A stretch of DNA of 64,000 nt from Mytilus edulis. Its lineage: Eukaryota. Made by a program: the position numbers and the translations under genes. The stretch covers positions 11,222,001 through 11,286,000 of the forward strand of contig NC_092355.1 of assembly GCF_963676685.1 (NCBI RefSeq), written 5' to 3'. The first letter of the stretch is position 1. The number at the start of each line of letters is the position of its first letter. Of this stretch, positions 24,847 through 39,200 are shown one piece after another. A model generated the notes under the pieces. The model searched no databases. It saw nothing but the letters and a program-made list of their open reading frames with translations, and was not told the origin of the DNA.

Positions 24847-27800
24847 AGTCCTTTTCGCAAATGCATTTTGTCATGATTTTACTTCATATATCCTGTTCTT
24901 GTTTACGACCTACTGTTATTTTTGTCTTAACACCAGAGGACAATAATCTGTCAGTTCGATTTGTAGACACATTATTGTTCATCCTTTACAAAATCACAAT
25001 TTTTGTAATATGAAATGAAATATATTTTTTACTTAGCTAATTTTCTTGTATTAAATTATCTAGAAAAGAAAGTTCCTTAATATATACAAGGTTAATCATA
25101 AACGACATCCTAATGATTAATTCTCAAAGGCAGCATATACATATGATTTGAATAGGGATGGGTTGGCGTTCTGATTTAGTAATGTTTAATGAAAAGTTCA
25201 TCTTTGTCGTCAGACAGAATGCCAATGTTATGTAATTGTTTGAAATGAATGATTCCCTTGTCAAACATATTAATCGATTAGCAAGATTATAACAAAATAA
25301 TTCGATTATAACTAATTGCAGACCCATCATTTTATCTGATATATTCTAACACCAGTAAAGCAAAATCAGTAACAAATCCTAAGTTAAAACACGGAGATGT
25401 TTTTGTATGCGAACATTTGCTATGTTGGCTCTCTTTTAATATTATGCAGTAAACGTGTTTAATGTTTGAATGTTTATGACTTTGGAAATAATGATTAGCA
25501 ATAAAAGTATTTTGAATCATACAATCAAGTTTTAATAATGAGCAGAAAGCTTATGAGTTTAAAAACAGGCAGTTACTTTTGTTTCTATAATTATTTCGAT
25601 TTATTACCTTAGTCATGTTGGTTGCAATGAATTTCATTGATTTCCCAGTGAAATAAAAACCGATAATTTCACATACAGAAGGACGCTGTCCATGTGCCGA
25701 GGCACAATCAGTCTACCTGCCACAAGTGGATAAAATGACACATTCGGTAAATTTACATATCAAATGACTTTCAGGTACGGCATAATGTTGGCTTTTGCAA
25801 ATAAAAATAGACAAACAAACCATATAAATTAGGTGATGACCAATATAATATTTTTATTAATTGCAAACAGTGACAAAATGTACTTCTTATATTTCCTTCT
25901 TAAACATGACACTTAAAATTCAATTGATGACAATTGTTTAATTCATATAAAATGTTGATTCTGTTTTAACTAGTTCTTACTACCTTGTTTATCAATGGCA
26001 CAATTGTTTATAAATTTTGTTAGGTTGATTACCAGTCTTTAGCTCATCAACATTCAAGTGGTAAGTGCTTGTTTACTGACATGATGTATTCCATATATGT
26101 GTTTGCAATGTATAATCCGTTTAGTCATATAGCTCCCAAGCTTTCTGGATCCTTGGAAATTCCTGTTTTTCGAATATATAAGTTTGGGCGTTGATCGTTA
26201 ATATTTATCTTGAAAACTGAAGCGACACACTAAATGATTGTTATGGTCATGCATTTCAATATGCTATTTAGTTTTCCTTTGTTGAACAGATATCAGTGTA
26301 ACAATGATTAAGATTGCAACACAATGCTGTATTACATTTTTTTTTTTTAAGTTTAAGCTATTTGTCTGTTTGTTCGGCTAACACATTGTGTCAAGGAGAT
26401 ATTATTGTGTGGTACTCTCAGACAAAAGAGCAGGGTATGTGTCTATGAAACCAGGTTTAATATCCTGTTTCCTACATACGAAAATGCATGTATCAGATAA
26501 TAAACATTACCTTTTTCCATTTGTTAGATGTTATCAATTTTTGATTACTCCGTTTTATGGTGAACTTCCCATTGTATAATTTACCTTAGAGGGTAGTTTC
26601 TCTGTTTTTTACTACATGTATTCATTAGTTTAACATTTACCCTTGTAACGTATGACATCATTGATAAATGTGTGATGGCACTTGACACTGACTTTTAATT
26701 AAGATCAGACAACTTGTTAACGCTCCATCCATAGGGATTTAAACCTGATACATGAACATTGAAAATTGATTATATATACGGAAAAGTACTATCTGTCTAA
26801 CTAAGGATGGCATACAATTATTTATGGTATTACATTTTTTTCCCCGTTACTTCAAACCACAACGTTATTTTGATGAATTGCCAAATTAGTTCTGATGTCA
26901 ATGTCCAGCTATAATATTACGAAGGACATCTACCAGAGGATAACACCAAGTCTTAATAACGGAACTAAGATAAATTTATTTAGCAGGTTATGAATTATTA
27001 CTTTTATCTTGTTTCATTGAAATTCTATTTAAGTTAGGACTATGACAGTGGTTATTCATGTATTTGGTGTGTATCAGCTTTTGATTTTGAATTTGATCAC
27101 TGGCTTTTTGTTATGAATGTTGCCCGGAGTTTGGGAACTTTGTTGGTTATCTTTCTACTGTGTTACAATAGCAACCAATATTTGTCGTTGTCGAATCTAC
27201 TTGTAGTGTGACAAGGTTCTGTTTGTATTTATGATAGTATATAATATATGCTTCCTTGTCATTTAATAAAAAATAATAATAATCAGAAGGTATTATACTT
27301 CATATATTTGTTTGAGATTGACAATAAACAGACATTATGATGACAGAGCATTGCTCTATGGTCGGGTGGTTGTCGCTTTGACATATTCACCATTTCCTTT
27401 CTCAATTTTATCTTCTTTTTTTTCGGATAAAAACAAAAGAAGCTGAAGAAATTTTAATTGATGTTGTTTTGATTATAAATTTTGATACCTTAACAACAAA
27501 TTAGTTTTAACACGAGGCATTTGATTGATAAACATTTTCTGTGCAAAAAAGACCTTCCTTGCTTATTCGTCTAATTTTGGTGGCAAATTCAAACAGGACG
27601 GGTCTCCCTAGAAAACCTTTGAATTTATGATTAAGATGCATATCTTTTTTTATGAGGTTTGTGTTAATATTTCGTCAGTTGTCCGTTTGTGAAACTTGCT
27701 TTTCTATTCATAGTCTTAAAATTGCCATGGTATTACTATGTTTCACCCTAACTTGTGAATTTTGAATGATCATTTGGTACCATCCACCTCTGTTGGTATT

Positions 27801-30510
27801 ATGAGGAAAACTGGCTGTAATTGTGATAAATTATTTTGGTCAAATCGTTGTTATTGGATCATTATTCAATTAAATATTTCAACTCTTAGTATGAAGACGA
27901 ACCGAAAACGAGACTTAAAGACAGTCCATCACAAATACAACTCAGGCCCAGTAAAACTGATATTACCCGGCCATATTCTTTATGTACTTGTTCTAAGTCA
28001 ACAGCCTGTTATTCAATGGTTTTGGTTGGTTTCTTTATATCAATTTTATTTTCCGTTCATCATTTTATACATGCAACACACCCTAAGTACGAATTCTCCA
28101 GCATTTGTAATTTTAGGGCCTTGTATAGCTGACTTTGTTGTACGGGTTTTAGTCATTGTTGAATACCTTGTGGTGACCTACGTCTGTTATGTTGTGTGTA
28201 ATGTTGGTATTTTGTGGAGAGTTGTTCATTTGGCATTCTTTTCAAGGTATATAATAGAAATCACATGAGAATGGTTTACCTGTATACAGGCTAAAAGTTT
28301 CGCTTTAAAATGTATACCGCAAATTTGTGTCCGGAAATTCATCAGCATATTCTCCCACTTCCCTCTGATCGTCACTACAATGCTTAACATTGGAATTAAC
28401 TTTTTTATTCACATGAATTATTTGTTTTCATTGCATCATTCCGTGTGTTTTATCTTTGATATCCTTGTTTTCTCTTATCTGTAAATGTCATCCATTACCT
28501 GGGGATACGTATTTCTATAGTTATTATCACCTTCATGACCTTAAAAGTGGTATTGTTTAAATAATTTAGAAAAGCCTACATGACGAGTCTCACTAAATTA
28601 CTGTCAATTTACAAGGTCAATATATATTACGACGTGCAAATGATTGTTTTCCTTCAAGAATGTTTTTCTTCAAGAAAGTGTGTCCTGGTAAATATCCCTC
28701 AGCTGCATTTACGTGTAAATCTAACGTCAGCTAACATTGGCTGCGTTAATTAAAAAAAAAATATCAATAAATGGAATAACATTGATATCGAACTCGGAAG
28801 CAAATTGAAAAAGGAAAGTCTCTTATCCAGTGCCGTAATCAAACGCTCAAACACATGAAACGAATGAATAACAACTTTGATATTCCTGACTTGGTCCAGA
28901 CGGTTTCTTATGTAGTAAAATGTGGATTAAACCTAGTTTTATAGTTAACTAAACGTCAAACTTGAATAACAGAAAAAATAAATTCGTACACCTATATGCC
29001 TTAGAAGCATGAAATGTGTTCTAACATTCGGATTCCAAAAAGAGAATCGCAAGATACCAAAGGCACAATCAAACTCATTAGTATATAGCAAACGACAATG
29101 TAATGCTAGTGTCTTGCTCTGTAATTGTCAGTGTAAATGTGGATGTACTGACTTTCTTCATCTAGTAGTGTACATTAGTAGAAAACTTTGCTTTGCGTTG
29201 CATATTAGACGTAATACACTATTATTAACATTACCGACAAATAAAAAGAAAGGGTTACTTGCAACCACTCAGTCAAAGGCGTGAATATTTAAAATATAAA
29301 TTGTTCTGTTTTAGATTTTTAAAAAGTGTGAGAAAAATTTGTGCGTGTTATATACACTATTATTTATTCTACTCTGAAACCAGAGGTGTGTCTTTTAAAG
29401 GCAGGATATTCGTACAAGATAAGACACTGGCTAAAACCAGTGTATGCAATTCCTGCAGTGTTTGTCAATTATCTTAATTGGTTTCTCAATTGGATCGTGA
29501 GGTCACATCGATCATGCTGCATATGTGTAACATGAAAAAAAGGAAACCGAAATCGTCACAATGCCTGACATTTTTACAGCGAATTTGAACGAGTAAAATA
29601 TGTATTTGGCATTGCTTTGGGAACTAACTGCATAACATCATTATACTTGTTTTGCAGGGTTATGAAATTGTAGATAATTTTTTTTTCTTAGAGAGGGGGG
29701 AATTAACGGCAATCCAGGTCAATTGAAAAGAAAAATCCGTTCATACTTGTTAAACACTCTGTTATTTTAAAACTCTGCAATAATTGAAAACTTCCGTCAT
29801 ACATTTACGGTCTGTCTCTTTATCTGTTATTTTATCATACGAAACAACTGTTCACGAGTACAGAACATGCAATCGTCTTTTCGATTGAGCTATATACAAA
29901 CATATAAGTATACACATATTTTCAATATTACAATATCAATTATAATATTGCTGTCAGCCCTTAATTATTTTAATGATTAATATAGTTAATACTTATCTAA
30001 AATGCTTATACTACTATTTCTCCAATAAGCACAGATTTGTCAATAACATGTTTATACATGTTGAATTAAGAAAAAAAGTGTCATTGCAACAAATCTTAAA
30101 TTTGAACGTTTTTTCACTCTGATTTCACAAATATTGGTATTAAGGATATATCCGGTTGTGCTGTTTGTTGATTTTTAGTGATTTACAGTTTCATTTGCCC
30201 AAACAATGCATTGTTAAAAGTAAGTTAGTGATAATTAATACGAAAACAATTGATACTTATACGAAATAGTATATATGACTATCACGAGGTTACTGAAAAT
30301 CAATATTGAATCAAAGTACAAAGTAGTTTATTTTTAAGCAATAACGAATAAGTCAATATCTTATATTTGATAAATTGATAGGTATTTTATTATTCCTATA
30401 CCAAATTTTTTAAAACGTCGCGACATTCCCTTAAAACACGTAATACTTTCCCTCACGAACTAACATTTAAGTTAACACTTGGTTGCTAGATTGGGCTTAT
30501 GGGATTAATT

Positions 30511-31712
30511 AGGTCTTTCCACTTTTCTGTGGAAAGACCTATTGTTTTTCTTCTGATTATTTTTTTTTTTTTCTTCCGCCTAATTTTGTTCTTGCGATAA
30601 ACATTTGTTTCGCAATATGTCGCTTAGATATTAGGTATATGATATCGAACAGTTAATGCGCTTTTGAAATTTACCCTGCGTAAACGAATACTTTTCTTTG
30701 TAGGAGTTATCTCCCCAAACACTGTTTTCCTTGTTAGCGCATCTCCTTCGCAACCGTAAAAGATTATGACAAATTTATTTTACAAAATTGCTCGTTATAT
30801 CCTTCGCATGATTTGTCCTATTTTCACCGAAGCGATATGACCGCTCCATATGAGAGTTATTTCCCCTTATGCATCTGATATAAGTGATATGAATTTCTAT
30901 CTTATAAATCATAAGTGATAGAGACCTAGGATCTTTTGATTTGAGGTCCTTGGTCCCAAAAAATGAAAATTAGGTCAAGGTCAAAGGTCAAGGTCATATT
31001 CTAATATTTGAATTTGGCTTATTTTCACTTATATCCAAAGACTGTATAAGATATCAACAAATTATTTTTACTAAATTGTTAGTTGCGACATGTCGTAAGA
31101 TGTAAATTTTGATTGCAAGCGTACGTTGAATGTAAAAGGGAGTTTTCTCCCCTCTTGTATTTAAAAATACGCGTTTGGTGATATAACTCATTAACTAAAT
31201 ATAATAAAGACCTATGGTCTTTTGCTTTGAGGTCCTTGGTTTATGACCTTGAAATTGATCTCAAGGTCATAGCTTATATGACGTTCTAGATTTTGACCTT
31301 TGCTTTTATTCTATATGTATACATGATAAAGATATACAACTTTTTGAAAAAGGTATCAAACCATTTAACCTTGTAAAACACAACCGGAAGTGACCTTTTG
31401 TAAACCGGAAATAGCTGTTTTTTTGTACTTTATTAATATAAAAGTATATAGAAGCAGATATTTTTGGAATCAGTGTCAAGTAAATATTCAAATATAATCG
31501 GAAGTAACATTTTTCAAACCGGAAGTAACAAATTATCTCCCTTATTTAAAAAAAATGTATGGAAACAATATATTTTTGGAATCAGCTTACTAGGAGCTAT
31601 CATTTGACGATTGAAATGACATTTTAAACTTAGTTTCACAACTTTTCATATCAAAATACATTGTTTTGATGAAAAGACCTTCAATTGTTCTCTGAACAAT
31701 TGGTTTTTAATT
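30511..31712 (+). mobile_element. Complete ~1.2 kb HINE/DINE-1-like Helentron derivative
   Basis: 5' hairpin AGGTCTTTCC-N10-GGAAAGACCT (30511-30540), T-rich tract, internal repeats, 3' AAAAGACCT plus hairpin CAATTGTTC-TCT-GAACAATTG (31682-31702); TTAATTA at both junctions; empty site GGGATTAATTAGATAG at 20081. Confidence 0.9.
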
Positions 31713-32422
31713 ATATAGTATTTTACTTTTAAATCATGTGGTCGACAGACAAACGAGATTAAAACCAGCTGTTTAATTGAGACATGCAGCTATTCATAGG
31801 TATACACCAATATAATTACATCTGCTACTCTTATACTTGTAGTTATTTTTTTCAAAATGTGTCTATCACTATGGTTAATATGAGGACGTTATTGCTTTCG
31901 AAGTGGAGAAGGTTCGTATAGAATATATTAATACTTAACAAAACTACACATTGTCTCAACAATGAACACGGATGGTTTATAAGTTCGATGTACGACATAT
32001 ATCCCTGTGAATTGAAACAAATTATATAAAACATATGTATAACGCCAATTAACGGTCTGCAAAATGCTTTATATGTCTTAGCATCAAAGGATATTAAAAT
32101 ACATTTCTAATTAATATATATTGAGTCACTTCATTCATTATTTAATAAAATGAAACATGTAACTATCCACATCAAACAAATTATCTAACAGATGAAGTTT
32201 AAAGAGAAACTGTTTTTCAATATCAAATATAACTGCTTTTATACTATTCTGGTGAACCTCATCATTTTATCATTATGCAGATAATCATCATGAATGGGTA
32301 TAATTAAAATCCTATAAATCTAGTTTATCAAAAATGTATATACAATCCATCAAACATGTATAATTAATATAAATATGATTATTAAAAGTATGTTTACCTT
32401 CATTATATATGCTGAACATCAC

Positions 32423-32794
32423 AAAAGAGGGACGAAAGATACCAAAGGGACAGTCAAACTCATAAATCTAAAACAAACTGATAACGCCATGGCTAAAATT
32501 GAAAAAAGACAAACAGAAAAACAATAGTACACATGACACAACATAGAAAACTAAAGAATAAACAAATCGAACCCCACCAAAAACTAAGGGTGATCGCAGG
32601 TGCTCCGGAAGGGTAAGCAGATCCTGCTCCACATGTGGCACCCGTCGTGTTGCTTATATGATTACAAATCCGGTAAATAGTCTTATTCGGTAGGTCACAT
32701 TCATGAAAGGGAAGGGGATTGTAGTTACGACGTAAGGAACATATCCGATATCATTTGTGAAACGGTTATTCCATAACGGTCAACAAACTCGTGA
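32423..32794 (-). mobile_element. Penelope-like 3' fragment, independent insertion in copy 3
   Basis: AAAGAGGGACGAAAGATACC family; absent at equivalent sites in copies 1 and 2 (~11270, ~20885). Confidence 0.7.
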
Positions 32795-33409
32795 CCGAGT
32801 TATTAAGTTATTAATGTTCATTTTATTTCTTTTATTTACTGTTTTTGATGGGTTTTTCCCACGATATGTTATTATTAAGGTTTTTGTTAATGTTGTGCTG
32901 TCCGAAAATATGTTTATCTGTACTGCTAATCATATAATTCAAAATGCAGCACTGGCAATTCCACATGCTAAAATTAATGTAATCATCTATGAGGTATATA
33001 TGCTTAAAACTCACTTTATTTTTCAATATGCTGGTGTTCATTATTACGAGTATATATGATATTTATTTGAAGAGCATGCGAACCAGAATCTGCTTGGCCT
33101 TCCGAAGCACCTGATATCAAACCCAGTGGAGTTCGTATTGCTCAATCTTTAATTAGTTTTCTATGGTGTGTCTTGTTTTCTTTTATTGCTTGTTTATCTT
33201 TTTTCTCTTCTATCCATGGTGTTGTCAGTTTATTATCGATCTATGAGTTTGAATGTCCCTTTGGTATCTTTACCCCCTCTAGAATACGCCACCCTTTATG
33301 TTGACTGGCAATGTTTGAGGACGGGCTTTTCTATTCCAATATGAGTTGTATACTGATACGGTGAATTGAAGCACGAGACATCATTATAAAACAAAGGTTT
33401 GTTTAAACC

Positions 33410-33602
33410 ACTTGTTACATGCAGTGTATGTCGTTTACCAAGCTCTGCACACAAATAAAAGGATTGAAGCATCAGACTTAATTTATTAACATGACATGAA
33501 ACTTATACTTGTTACATGCAGTGTATGTCGTTTACCAAGCTCTGCACACAAATAAAAGGATTGAAGCATCAAACTTAATTCATTAACATGACATGAAACT
33601 TA
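33410..33602. repeat. 97-bp direct tandem duplication
   Basis: CTTGTTACATGCAGTGTATG... starts at 33411 and 33508. Confidence 0.95.
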
Positions 33603-35854
33603 CACGTAAGAAACATCAAAGGCTAACTATAGGCTTACTGCATAAAGACCAAAAAAAGACATGTTAGGTGCACCTGACTCATTTAAAAACGTTTGCATAG
33701 TTTAAACATGTGTACATTTGTTAGTAAATTTAACTTTTTGACGGAAAAAAAACCTTTTGGAAATTAGAAGATGTCGTATGGTTGTCAAATGAGACAAACA
33801 CACATCAATGGTAAAATGAAGTGGATTTAAGCAACTGTTGAACCTTCAACAATGAAAAAAACCATGACGTATAGTCATCTTCAAACAGTTTGAAATGAAT
33901 ATATGAACAGTCTATCAATAAAAACAATGAGACTAATAAAGAATTTAATATGTATTTGTTAAGGTCTTGTCTTGTTATCAATCTAGTCTTTTGACAGATG
34001 GTATCTCTGTGTGAACATGGTTAATCATTGTTAATTATCCTTTTTAAACATCTATCGCAGGTAACATTTAACTAGTTATGTTAAAATTAGAATTGGGACA
34101 ATTAAAGACATATCGTATTCGTATATGATACGTTGACGTATCTGAACGCTACTATGGGTTATTACTTAAAAAAATTATTATATACGTGTTTGAATAATAC
34201 ATCTTTATGTGGATTTTGTTTGTTATGTTAGATGTTTTTCGGTCATTAAATACACTCTCTTTTTTAAACGATACTTTTCATGTTTACTGGTTTATATCTA
34301 AACACTCGATATTTAAACCATGGATCATCGCTTTTTAGGCATGAATTTAAATGATACCAATGCATATAAACTTAATGTTTGAGTCAAAAACTGTGATAAT
34401 AATTTCGAGAACAGGGATGTAAGAGGGAACACATAGGGAAAGGTTGATGAACATTTTAATTTCCTATCATTTTTAATATTTGGAAAAAAACGTTTTGCCT
34501 GCTAAATGTATTAAAATTTGTATCAGTCACCAATCCGACTCTGCTGTTATTAAGTGATTCATTTATAAAACAATTTAAAGTACGCGTATATATATATATA
34601 TATATATATATGGTCAACGTTAACTTTATTTGTTTTATAATTAAGCTTCACGCCTGGGTAGTTCTAATGATTTAAATATCGAGTGCTAATACATATACAA
34701 GTATATATATATATATATATTGACACGAAACACACCTGATTGTTAAATGTGGGATGATGTTATCTTCTGCTACCGTCCAGGCTTTCGTTATTGAATTATT
34801 AGTTTTTGTAAATATATACCGTAGAATTATCAGGGGCAATTATTAATGTATAACAATAGATAACAGAAGTCTGGATTTCGACATAAAAAGCAAGTATATA
34901 AACACATTTAATGCATCTATTAAACAATTATCAGAAACATTTGAGGTATTAAAAATGAAAAAGACCAAACATAGTCATTAACCTACACTTTTTTCACACT
35001 TTTTTTGCCTATTCCCGATTGCTACATGTTATTAACATTAACCAATATGATATGTATATGTTCAGATACGTCAACATATCAGATACAAATACGATGCGTC
35101 TTTAAATTTCCCACTTCTATCTATATGCAAAACTTCATGTATGCACATACATTTCAATTGAAGTTTTATATCGAGAAATTATTAATTTCTGATGTGATCT
35201 GGCAATCTATAAATGCTTAGTTTTCATTAGGTATGGACTCATTTGTCAGTTCTTGGAATGTTACAATCCCCATGCTATTTTGATTTTAGTTAACATAAAA
35301 GGGCTACTCGATATGATTTATGCTGAGATTAGACTATTTGATAACACGAACTACCAACAACAATATGATATGCAACAAACCAAACTGTTCAGACTTGCAT
35401 AATCTTAATCCTTTTCATAAGAGATTATCATTAAGAATGTGTGAACGTTTCTGTACAATATTTCCCTTTTAATACACATGTTATCAGTGGGAAAGTTTTT
35501 GTCTGTCGAATAATCATTTGAAATGATATGTCATCCATGTAACCTGTTTATGTTTATAGATTTTGAATGTTTAGTTAAAGGTGATATGAGTTCATCAACA
35601 CATTGTATGGTAATGTCCAATATATGGATAATTCATTGGTAGTGTAACACCCGGATGTCAAAATATTCTTATAGATTGTCAAGTTATTTCATTATTTGTT
35701 TTAGGGACGTAATAGTTATTTCGTTTGTGCTTTGTTTACGTATGCAGTTGCACTATTAATGAAGTCTAGGAAAATAAAGCAATTATTTAAAGAGCGTTAT
35801 AAACATGATAACTGGAGAAAAATGAAAATGTATGTATTCTGTACTTTATTATCA

Positions 35855-36200
35855 AAGGTTCCAGGCTTATCAATTGATAAGCAAGACGGGCGATGTGTCT
35901 AAATAAAACTCATCAGTGACGCTCAGTACAAAACAGTTAGAAACTATAAAGTTGAAGATTATTGAGGACCCAAAACTACAAATGGTAGGCCAAATACGGC
36001 TAAGATTATATATGCCTGGTACAAGAAAATACTTAGTCTTCTTTCCACTTAATACATCTAAACTCAACTATTTAAAGAAAAAAACAACACAAACTTATGT
36101 TGTTGACTAGCTCGAGTACTGCAAATTGTGAGCTGCCGATTTAATAAGACAAATGATCAAAATAAACATATTATACACTATACAATGTCAAAACAGTAAT
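35855..36200 (-). mobile_element. Decayed retrozyme-like fragment with a broken hammerhead
   Basis: Minus GAGCGTCA-CTGATGA-GTTT...AGAC-ACAT-CGCCCGTC (GAAA lost) at ~35881-35924; flanks resemble 8800-9020 and 55340-55550. Confidence 0.5.
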
Positions 36201-39200
36201 ACCATTGTTCAACAAAAATATATACTTATAAATGTTAACCTCTTGTATTTGAATAACTGAATAAATGAATGTTTCGTTGCCGCCCAGGAAAAACCCATTT
36301 AAGAAACCTGTGTCCTTTTATCCATGCCAGCGAAACTCTAAGTGTTGGACCTCACTTATCAAATGAGAAAAAGGAAAAACATAATTGTGTTTGTAAATAT
36401 TGAAACAGAAGAGAAAGCGAGTCATTATGACTCAAGGGCTATATAATTTTTTGGTACAAAAGACGAAATACGATTACGTCTGTATAGCCATTCAACCTAC
36501 ATATAAATCAATATATTTATCAAAATACAAAATTATGCAAACCTTTTTCCCTTAAAAAAACCCTTAAAAATACGATGTTCACAGTACGAAGTACAGGCTA
36601 GAATTAACTGTATAAAACAGTCACTTTACAACCTAATTTATGGCGCCATAAATTCCTACGCCTACACGTACGTGTATTACACATGCGCAAGAAGACAATC
36701 AATTCCCGTTTTAATTATGTGCCTCGGGAATTTTTTTGTATTCAAGTTGTTCATACTTTTGCAAACATATTATTTATAAATGAGTCAGTTTTTGACAAAA
36801 TGCGCGACTAGTGTAGACATTTATCCCTGTTATTCATAAAGGCTTTGTCAACCATAGAGTTGATATTGGCCATTATCACCAGTCCAGTTTTGAGAACTGA
36901 TGTGTTGAGATTCTTTAACTGGTATATATTCATTATTATGTATTAACTGCTTTCCAACCCCAGAAGATATAACCTTTGTATAAGTTGTATTAGGGATAAA
37001 CTATCGAAATAATGGATCCACAATACCCTTCAACTTCGTAATTTATTTTTCAGTTTGTGTTATTCGAACGTCACAGTTGGTGAGTCATGAATAGACAAAA
37101 CACATGTCTGCTGCAATTTACAATTTCGAATCTGATATTTTTTGTATGAGTGATGAGATTATTTTCGTATAGATTTAACTACTTTGGACAAATGTTATCA
37201 TACATCTTGTTTGTTTTCCCGTGATGAACACAAACTAATCCCTGCACATGTCAAACGTGAAACAATGTCTTTCAGACGCACCTACTAAATGGTGGATTCT
37301 GGGTCAGAGATAAGTCTATTACAATGTCATTTTATGAAATAGACATATATGAAGAATTGAAAACCTATGATTTAATTGGGACTGTTGAGTGTTTATTTTA
37401 GTATTTGTATATAAATTCAAGATATATGCATATGTTTCATATATATTTGTTATTAAGAATGTATTTTTTTTAAAAGATGGATTAAATATTTGATAAAGTT
37501 GTATACTTTTGTCAATATATTTCTGTACTCCTCTAACTAAGCTACAATTAAATGAAGCATTATTTTTGTGTAATGTAATAAAATAAAGTAAAACGTTAAA
37601 TCAAACACTACCTATATTGATCAAGGGGAAATCTTTCCGTCAAACCTATCAATTAATTTGGGAGTTGTCACATTGACAATCATACCACATCTTCTTTTTC
37701 CATATAACAACTGTGTGCTAACAAATTATTTTTAACAGAAGTACAGGAGTTTGCTTTCTATGATTTCATATGTTTATCCATTTTACACCGTGGTCAATTT
37801 GTATATCGGTTTGATACATGTAGGTTTCTTTCGTTGCTAACTTAGTAGTGTTATATCATGAATATATAGATATTCATTGAAATAAGGACATCATTTAAAG
37901 GGGTACTAGCTACGAGATATATATAAAAAATCTCATTTGTTATTTTGTTTGCTCAATCATTAATGAAATGCAAATAATGAAATATTAATTCGCTTTAAGC
38001 AGCCAGTATGTTTCAATTTTGTCAAAATGAGCTAAGAAATATTGATTATGAATTAATTCATCCTCATTGAATCCGTATTCATGTGACCTTTAATTTAACC
38101 CCTTACCTAGATGGATATAACATGTATTTTATGTGTAAAGTTATTTAAAGGAAAATAATGTCAACATTGAAAGTGAAACAAAAGTAAATCATTTGATTGA
38201 CTGATCCGATCCACAAAAAAAATCAGTCTTATACAGTAAAAACGATGATAAACATTTATTTAGATCTATGATATGAAATTAAATAGATCTAAAAAAAATC
38301 CAACAGCACGAGTTTACTTAATCTATTTATATCTATATTTATGTTTACATCGCTTATATGGTCATCAGATGACTTTAGAGGTCAACTCGATAGTTAATTA
38401 GACGGCATCTAGACTAAATACACACGAAACGAAGCTACGTAAAATCATACCCGTGCCCTGTAAATTGCTTGTTTTAGACTTTTAATAGTTTGCTACACAT
38501 ATGACATACATAATTAGTTTCACAGATGTGTGGTTCTATTGTTTATATGGATAATATCAAATTAAGTATAAAAGAGGAATCAGTTCTACATGTATGTGAT
38601 GTAAGACAGTATATATATATATATATATAACAGTAATGACATAAGTCACATGAGTAATGTAATACAAAAACAAACATATAACATATAACTGACGCTTATC
38701 AATTTGAAAAATTGAAGAACAGAATATAACCATTATTTGTATGCTTCAATCTGTTTATACCCACGCATAAGTCCGAAATTGTTTTTTGACATTGAAAATA
38801 TATAATATCATTTTAAGTTTTACTTCTTATGTCCTGTTCTTGTTTACGACCAATTTTGTCATTTTTGTCTAAACATCAGAGGACAATGTTCTTTCAAATC
38901 GATTTGTAGACTCATTAATGTTTTTTTCTTTACAAAATAACTATTTTTGTATTATGAAATATACATCTTTAACAAAACTTATAGGAACTTGTATTATCTT
39001 TTAAAAAATTCCATTATTTATACAAGATTAATCATTAACGACATCCTGGTGATTATTTCTCTGAGTCAGTAAAAAAATTTGTTACAAATAGGGATGGGTT
39101 AGCGTATTAAATTATAAGCCTGGTACCTTTGATAACTACTAGCGCTCTAATATAGTAATATGTAGTGAAAAGTCAGACACAGTGCCAATGTTATGTAATT

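Larger units (their letters stand above)
19722..30147 (+). repeat. Tandem segmental duplication, copy 2 (~10.4 kb)
   Basis: Collinear with copy 1; private insertions at 22418-22664, 22791-23150 and ~27351-27410; retains ~23308-23520, which copy 1 lacks. Confidence 0.95.

Noticed and set aside
29009-29284. Cys-rich ORF (CNCQCKCGC) as an antimicrobial or metallothionein-like peptide
   Set aside because: No signal peptide, part of the N-terminus is repeat-derived, the ATG is absent in copy 1 (~18549) and the block is absent in copy 3.
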